DNA of 62,450 nt, counting the filler. It is 5 parts of 5 records of this genome, joined end to end, with 100 filler letters (N's around TTAATTAATTAA, not from the genome) between each part and the next. Parts side by side here need not be neighbours in the genome. Positions count along the whole stretch, not along the records: positions 49,913 to 57,306 come from SRR31156797_13589; positions 57,407 to 62,450 come from SRR31156797_13593; 3 more parts are not named here. One strand, given 5' to 3'. The notes beneath the pieces are model-generated. The model searched no databases. It saw only the letters and a list, made by a program, of their open reading frames with translations, and was not told where the DNA came from. Shown piece after piece: positions 57,298 to 62,450 of this stretch. Each line of letters opens with the position of its first letter. Within the stretch, counting starts at the first letter, position 1. A program made the position numbers and the translations under genes.

Positions 57298-57306
57298 TTA
57301 GGGTGT

Positions 57307-57406
57307 NNNNNNNNNNNNNNNNNNNNNNNNNNNNNNNNNNNNNNNNNNNNTTAATTAATTAANNNNNNNNNNNNNNNNNNNNNNNNNNNNNNNNNNNNNN
57401 NNNNNN
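57307..57406. other. Artificial contig linker
   Basis: N44-TTAATTAATTAA-N44. Confidence 0.99.
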
Positions 57407-57587
57407 CAATATCAAAAGCGTCAATGAGTTCCGAAGTACCCTGCCCCACATCAGGGCCGGTTTGTCCGGCCTGGGACGTAGTGAAAAAAACCGGCGTAAA
57501 TTTTTGAAAATCCTTCTGTGCAGACATTCTTTCCATGAGCACGGAACCCACCATGCCCCGCCAGCCAACTATTCCGACTTTTTTCAT
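57407..57587 (-). CDS. asd: Aspartate-semialdehyde dehydrogenase, N-terminal fragment
   Basis: MKKVGIVGWRGMVGSVLMERM...FFTTSQAG. Confidence 0.95.
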
Positions 57588-57851
57588 ATCCTTTATCCTT
57601 TCAGCTACAAGTATGTAATTTAAAATTTAAGTCTTATTGCATAGCTGCTTTTTTAAAAAAAAGCCAGGGTCAGATATAAAAAACAGCAACTCTAAATATG
57701 AAGCGTTTCAGTTGAAAAAACTAGCACAGAGACACTAAGACACAAAAATTTTATTTGATTTTATGTGCCTTTAGGGCTTTGCGCGAGAATAAATTTAGAA
57801 TTGCTGTATAAAGAATCTGTGCAACCACCATGGGCCATACCTGCAATCTAA

Positions 57852-57881
57852 TGCCAATCTCAAAATTGCCAATCTCAAAAT
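57852..57881. repeat. Perfect 15-bp tandem duplication
   Basis: TGCCAATCTCAAAAT twice. Confidence 0.85.
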
Positions 57882-57959
57882 GATTTTCAACATATTTGTA
57901 AGCATGCAGACATAACATCTCTATTATGGAACACACTCCAACACGACACCACAGCAAAA

Positions 57960-57987
57960 GTACTACGAAATTGAAAATAGTTATTAC
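57960..57987. promoter_or_regulatory. Candidate NikR-type operator GTACTA-N16-TATTAC
   Basis: 6-16-6 geometry as in E. coli NikR sites (GTATGA-N16-TCATAC). Confidence 0.55.
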
Positions 57988-58154
57988 AAATATGTCTATG
58001 CATTAATTTCAAAATTGAAGTTTTGGCTCGAGTGCGCGCAAGGTCAAACCAAGGGTTCAATTTCTCACTACAAATTCATATTTACGTTATTTCAAATATT
58101 TATAAATGAATTTTTCTAAATAACTTCCTTTCCCAACGCCTTTATTGCTTGTTT

Positions 58155-58170
58155 CGGCCCGGCCTTTGCA
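58155..58170 (+). promoter_or_regulatory. Sigma54 -24/-12 promoter
   Basis: CGGCCCGGCCTTTGCA, exact GG-N10-GC with TTGCA, 60 nt before the ATG. Confidence 0.65.
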
Positions 58171-58188
58171 TACCCCTCTTGCAACCGA

Positions 58189-58216
58189 GTAATACTTTTT
58201 TATTAAAACGTAATAA
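58189..58216. promoter_or_regulatory. Candidate NikR-type operator GTAATA-N16-TAATAA
   Basis: Lies between the sigma54 promoter and the AGGAG RBS. Confidence 0.5.
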
Positions 58217-58230
58217 TCATAGGAGTAACC

Positions 58231-59208
58231 ATGAAATTTAAATCCAGAGTGCTTATTATCCTAATTTGTTTATTTGTTGTCCTTAGCAGCGCCCAGGCTG
58301 AACCCTTGAAAATTGCTTACAGTGACTGGCCCGGCTGGATTGCCTGGGATATTGGTGTCAGAAAAGGTTTTTTTGAAAAGCATGGGGTTGATGTTGAACT
58401 CAAATGGTTTGAATATATGGCGTCAATGGATGCATTCGCAGCCGGCAAAGTGGATGCAGTATGCGTGACAAACGGCGACGCCCTGATCCTGAACGCCACG
58501 GGTACCCGCAACATTATGATTCTGATCAATGATATCAGTAATGGGAATGATAAAATTGTTGCAGCCCCGGGCATTGAATCCGTCAAGGCGCTGAAAGGTC
58601 ACAAAATAGGGGTGGAGATCGGTTGTGTCAGCCATCTTCTGCTGATAAATGCCCTTAAAGACAACGGCATGACTGAAAAAGATGTCACCCTGGTGAATGT
58701 TCCCACCCACCAGACTGCCCAAGTTCTGGCATCCGGCGATGTTGATGCCATTGTTGCATGGCAGCCCAATTCAGGGCAGGCCCTTAAATCCGTACATGGA
58801 TCTTCACAGGTCTACACCAGTGCCAATGCCCCTGGCCTGATTTATGATACCCTGGCCGTATCGCTTAACTCCGTTTTGGAACGACGCGCAGACTGGCAGA
58901 AAGTTGTGGCGGCCTGGTATGACATTATCGCTTACATGAAAAACCCGGCCAACAAAACGCAAATGCTTGAAATTCTTTCCTCCCGTGTTGCTTTGACCCC
59001 TGCAGAGTATGAACCCTTTCTCAAAGGGACCAAAATTTTCACCCTGGCAGAGGCGGCAGGCGCCTTAAAACCCGGCGATGGTTTTTCAAGCCTCTACGGC
59101 TCCAGCGATATTTCAGACAAATTCATGATTGACAATAAAGTGTACGACAAGCCTGTTAACACCAAAAAGGTCATTGACCCCTCATTCACCAAAGCGTTGT
59201 TGAAATAA
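58231..59208 (+). CDS. ABC substrate-binding protein (SsuA/NMT1-like, urea carboxylase-associated type)
   Basis: Signal peptide; AYSDWPGW, SNGND, WQP. Confidence 0.88.
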   Translation: MKFKSRVLIILICLFVVLSSAQAEPLKIAYSDWPGWIAWDIGVRKGFFEKHGVDVELKWFEYMASMDAFAAGKVDAVCVTNGDALILNATGTRNIMILINDISNGNDKIVAAPGIESVKALKGHKIGVEIGCVSHLLLINALKDNGMTEKDVTLVNVPTHQTAQVLASGDVDAIVAWQPNSGQALKSVHGSSQVYTSANAPGLIYDTLAVSLNSVLERRADWQKVVAAWYDIIAYMKNPANKTQMLEILSSRVALTPAEYEPFLKGTKIFTLAEAAGALKPGDGFSSLYGSSDISDKFMIDNKVYDKPVNTKKVIDPSFTKALLK

Positions 59209-59221
59209 GGAAACAAAATCC

Positions 59222-60283
59222 ATGACCTGGCTTTCAATTCAAAAACCACTTGCGCCAAAGAAAAAAGCAGTGTTGATCTTGCTTTCCTTTGTCCTCCCCC
59301 TGCTGTTATGGTCGGCGGTCAGCTATCTGTCCTTTGTATGGCACCCCATGATGGAGATCCAGTCCGCCGGAGACAGTCTTTATTTTGAAGAAGGCCAGCG
59401 GGTCCGGCGCACGCTCTTTGCGGCAGAAAACACACGGATCAGCGAAAGTGGTGGGCAGAAAGCAACGGGAAGGCGTGTTAATCCGGTGTACCTTCCGCCG
59501 CCGCACAAGGTATTAACAGCTGTCTATACCTCCTTTAAAGCCAAACCCCGCAGACCGGGAGACCCTTGGCTCCATGAAAGTCTTGCCCATAGCATCCGTG
59601 TGGTGTTTTACGGATTCTTGCTCTCTTCCATCATCGGTGTGCCCTTAGGAATCATATGCGGCGTATTTGATTTTTTCTCAAAGCTGACAGAGCCGTTTAT
59701 GGAATTTTTCAGATATATGCCGGCACCGGTGTTTGGGGCCCTGGCAGTGGCGATTTTAGGCATTAACGATGCCCCCAAAATTGCCATTATTTTTATCGGC
59801 ACTTTTTTCCAACAGGTCCTGGTGATTGCCAACACCACGCGTCTGCTGCCGCCATCCTTGCTGGAAGCGGCACAGACACTAGGGGCCCGTGGCGGTACCC
59901 TGTTTAAAAAAGTGGTGCTTCCGGCTATCGCACCCCATGTGTTCCTGGATATGCGAATTCTTCTGGGCTGGGCATGGACCTACCTCATTGTCGCAGAAGT
60001 GGTCGGCACCAGTACCGGCATCACCTGGTTCATCAACCAGCAGGCCAAGTACCGTATTTATGAAAATGTGTATGCCGCAATCCTTCTCATCGGATTTATC
60101 GGGCTGTCCACCGATATGCTGCTGGCCTGGATCGGACGAAATGTATTTATCTGGAATGGCGGGCGACGCAACACGTTTTTTCAAATTCTCGTTGAGACCT
60201 TTACCGGCCCCAGGGACACCACATTTACTTTTCTAAACAAAAGAGACACAAGATATGAACGCGCTGACACTGCCCAGCTATAA
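59222..60283 (+). CDS. ABC permease (SsuC/TauC type)
   Basis: [34 protein letters not shown]. Confidence 0.92.
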   Translation: MTWLSIQKPLAPKKKAVLILLSFVLPLLLWSAVSYLSFVWHPMMEIQSAGDSLYFEEGQRVRRTLFAAENTRISESGGQKATGRRVNPVYLPPPHKVLTAVYTSFKAKPRRPGDPWLHESLAHSIRVVFYGFLLSSIIGVPLGIICGVFDFFSKLTEPFMEFFRYMPAPVFGALAVAILGINDAPKIAIIFIGTFFQQVLVIANTTRLLPPSLLEAAQTLGARGGTLFKKVVLPAIAPHVFLDMRILLGWAWTYLIVAEVVGTSTGITWFINQQAKYRIYENVYAAILLIGFIGLSTDMLLAWIGRNVFIWNGGRRNTFFQILVETFTGPRDTTFTFLNKRDTRYERADTAQL

Positions 60284-61142
60284 GGACCAGAGCCCAAAGG
60301 TTGCAGACCGGTTTAAACGGTTAAAAAAACGGGATGTCATTCTTGAAGCTGAAAATATTACCAAAGTATTCAATTCGGAAATCGGGGACATCACCGCCCT
60401 TAAATCCTTATCCTTCAAGGCATACCGGCGGGAATTTCTCTCGGTGATCGGCGCCTCCGGATGCGGAAAATCCACGTTGATCCGTATTTTATCCGGTCTT
60501 GAGACAGTCACATCCGGGCAAGTGCTGCTGGACGGCAAAAAAGTGGAAAAACCCGGGCCGGAAAGGGGTATGGTTTTCCAGGGTTACACATTGTTTCCCT
60601 GGCTGACGGTCAAAAAGAATGTGATGTTCGGCTTGGAGGTTGCCGGAAAAAGTCAGGCAGAATCGGAAGCCATGCAGTGGATAGACATGGTGGGACTTGA
60701 TCGGTTTGCAGATCACTACCCCCGTCAGCTGTCCGGCGGCATGCAGCAGCGGGTAGCCATTGCCCGGGCCCTGGCCAACCAGCCCAGGGTGTTGTTGATG
60801 GATGAACCCTTTGGTGCCCTGGATGCCCAGACAAGGGCAAAAATGCAGTCCTATCTGCTTCAGATCTGGCAGAATGTGGATATCACCATCATTTTCATCA
60901 CCCATGACTTGGATGAAGCGGTCTACCTGTCGGACAGGATTCTGGTGCTGGACAACCATCCAGGGCGCGTCAAGGAGATGATTGAAGTGCCGGTGGAACA
61001 GCCGCGCTCGGTCAAACAGCACCTGAACCCAGAATTTCTGGCCACCAAGGCACATATTGAAAACCTGATTCATCCACACAGAGATGAAGAGGACCGGCTT
61101 CCCATCATCCGCCTGACCCAGGTCAATGATGATATTTTGTAG
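60255..61142 (+). CDS. ABC ATP-binding protein
   Basis: [27 protein letters not shown]. Confidence 0.95.
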   Translation: MNALTLPSYKDQSPKVADRFKRLKKRDVILEAENITKVFNSEIGDITALKSLSFKAYRREFLSVIGASGCGKSTLIRILSGLETVTSGQVLLDGKKVEKPGPERGMVFQGYTLFPWLTVKKNVMFGLEVAGKSQAESEAMQWIDMVGLDRFADHYPRQLSGGMQQRVAIARALANQPRVLLMDEPFGALDAQTRAKMQSYLLQIWQNVDITIIFITHDLDEAVYLSDRILVLDNHPGRVKEMIEVPVEQPRSVKQHLNPEFLATKAHIENLIHPHRDEEDRLPIIRLTQVNDDIL

Positions 61143-61170
61143 TCGGTATTCAAAAAAGGAAAAAGATACC

Positions 61171-61632
61171 ATGAGCAGCCCAACCAACGATAAAACCCAG
61201 AGAATCAGTGTTTCACTGCCGGTTCAGCTGACAGCGGAACTGGACAGGATGGTTGTGAACGGTGGATACCGGAACCGCAGCCAGGCCATGGCACAGATGA
61301 TCCGCAATACCCTTCTGGATCATTACGAACAAAGCGGCAGCCGTATCATGGCCGGAACAATTACCCTGATCTATAACGAGGCACAGGCGGGGCTGAAAAC
61401 CCGTTTAACCCGTATTCAGCGGCATCATATTGATTCGGTGATTTCCTGCCTCAATGTTTTGCTTGAAAAGGATTATTCCCTTGAAGTGCTTCTGGTGCAG
61501 GGTCCGGTGGACACCCTGAACAAAATCGTCAAAGAGATACGGGCCTGCAAAGGCGTTGAAAACTGTAAACTGGTACTCTCATCTGCACTGATGCCGCCAA
61601 TTCATGAAAAAACAGGAGCAAATAATGAATAA
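61171..61632 (+). CDS. NikR-fold (RHH + ACT-like) regulator lacking nickel ligands
   Basis: RISVSLP...GYRNRSQA; GTITLIY; QRHH...LNVL...YSLEV in place of QHHH...LHVH...DCLEI. Confidence 0.85.
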   Translation: MSSPTNDKTQRISVSLPVQLTAELDRMVVNGGYRNRSQAMAQMIRNTLLDHYEQSGSRIMAGTITLIYNEAQAGLKTRLTRIQRHHIDSVISCLNVLLEKDYSLEVLLVQGPVDTLNKIVKEIRACKGVENCKLVLSSALMPPIHEKTGANNE

Positions 61633-62368
61633 CCAACAATCCCAGAACAATGAAACGGTCGGAAAACTGCGCTTTGAAACCATCGTTCCAGGCGGGTGGA
61701 ACTGGTCCCATATTATTAAAAAAGGCTCATCCGTTCAGCTCACCGATCTGGAAGGCGGTGCCAATGCATCAGCACTTTTCTATAATGCCGCCAACCCGAA
61801 TGAGCGCTACAATATGGGAGATACACTTAAAATTCAGCACATTTCATATATTACCCGTGGGCACTGCATCTATTCGGACATGGGCCGGATTCTCATGTCG
61901 GTCATTGAGGATACCTGCGGATGGAACGATGTGATCTGCGGGGTGTCCGATGCCGCCATGATCAAGGCCCGCTTCGGCACAAAGGTATACCAGGACCATC
62001 ACAACGACTTTTACCGCAACGGTTACGATTCTTTAATGGTGGAACTTGCAAAGTACGCCCTTGGTCCCAGGGATTTTACCGAGACAATCAATTTTTTCAC
62101 AAAAGTCGGGGTGTCTGATAATGGGGATCTTTTTTTTGTTGAAGACTTTTCAACGCCCGGCAGCAGCGTCACGCTCAGGGCTGAAATGGACACCCTTATG
62201 GTGCTGGACACCGGAATACACCCCCTTAATCCCACAGCCGACTATGTCAGAAAACCCGTAAAAATAGCCGTCATGGATTGCCCCCCTGCGGGGATGGATG
62301 ATCCCTGCCGCACATTCTGCCCCGAAAATGAGAGGGGGTTTATCAATACAGAGCAGTACCATTTCTAA
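61625..62368 (+). CDS. DUF1989 urea carboxylase-associated protein (carboxyguanidine deiminase A-like)
   Basis: LTDLEGGAN, ERYNMGDTLK, YSDMGR, DTCGWND, INFF, HPL, CPENERG. Confidence 0.88.
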   Translation: MNNQQSQNNETVGKLRFETIVPGGWNWSHIIKKGSSVQLTDLEGGANASALFYNAANPNERYNMGDTLKIQHISYITRGHCIYSDMGRILMSVIEDTCGWNDVICGVSDAAMIKARFGTKVYQDHHNDFYRNGYDSLMVELAKYALGPRDFTETINFFTKVGVSDNGDLFFVEDFSTPGSSVTLRAEMDTLMVLDTGIHPLNPTADYVRKPVKIAVMDCPPAGMDDPCRTFCPENERGFINTEQYHF

Positions 62369-62450
62369 AACTTGATTCGTTTTTATATGAAACTCGATAA
62401 TCCGGTTTTTAGGGAATTTTTTCAAATTCAAGGCGGAAACAATTTTTAAC

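Noticed and set aside
27632-57406. Recurring TTAATTAATTAA as a biological repeat or CRISPR
   Set aside because: Always centred in 88 Ns; an artificial linker. No regularly spaced repeat-spacer array or cas gene was seen anywhere.
57590-58230. Guanidine-I (ykkC) riboswitch
   Set aside because: No GGGTTCCG...CCGAG...AAAAGCCCG-like core seen; the leader after the sigma54 promoter is only about 50 nt

Overview
This window is five unrelated contigs joined by artificial 100-nt linkers (N44-TTAATTAATTAA-N44). Taxonomic labels are inferred from GC content, promoter motifs and gene content. Contig A (1-27631, AT-rich, Bacteroidota-like): ECF sigma/anti-sigma locus, LamG-GH43 and LamG-GH127/146 glycosidases, an arsR-trx-arsF-arsG-arsP cluster, a 2011-aa multi-phosphatase, pepD and neighbours, and an IS200-type element splitting a DUF4440 lipoprotein gene. 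Contig B (27732-40744, GC-rich, Desulfobacterota-like): YheO regulator-RidA-symporter-cysteine desulfidase cluster, YhdH/AcuI, a plant-type MTA nucleosidase and a Ser/Thr kinase-AAA-GAF-GGDEF protein. Contig C (40845-49812, AT-rich): co-oriented accessory genes separated by several unannotated repeat and hairpin families. Contig D (49913-57306, GC-rich): 2,3-butanediol/acetoin genes followed by a hexaheme cytochrome c/NarI-like fusion, a lipoyl carrier, an HdrD-like CCG protein, an OsmC-family selenoprotein missed by the ORF track (in-frame UGA plus SECIS-like hairpin) and a lipoate ligase. Contig E (57407-62450): a sigma54-type urea/guanidine carboxylase-associated ABC operon with a NikR-fold regulator lacking all four nickel ligands. 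The best candidates for an undescribed system are the contig D lipoate-to-membrane redox module and the contig E regulator. All family calls are from motif recognition; no searches were run.
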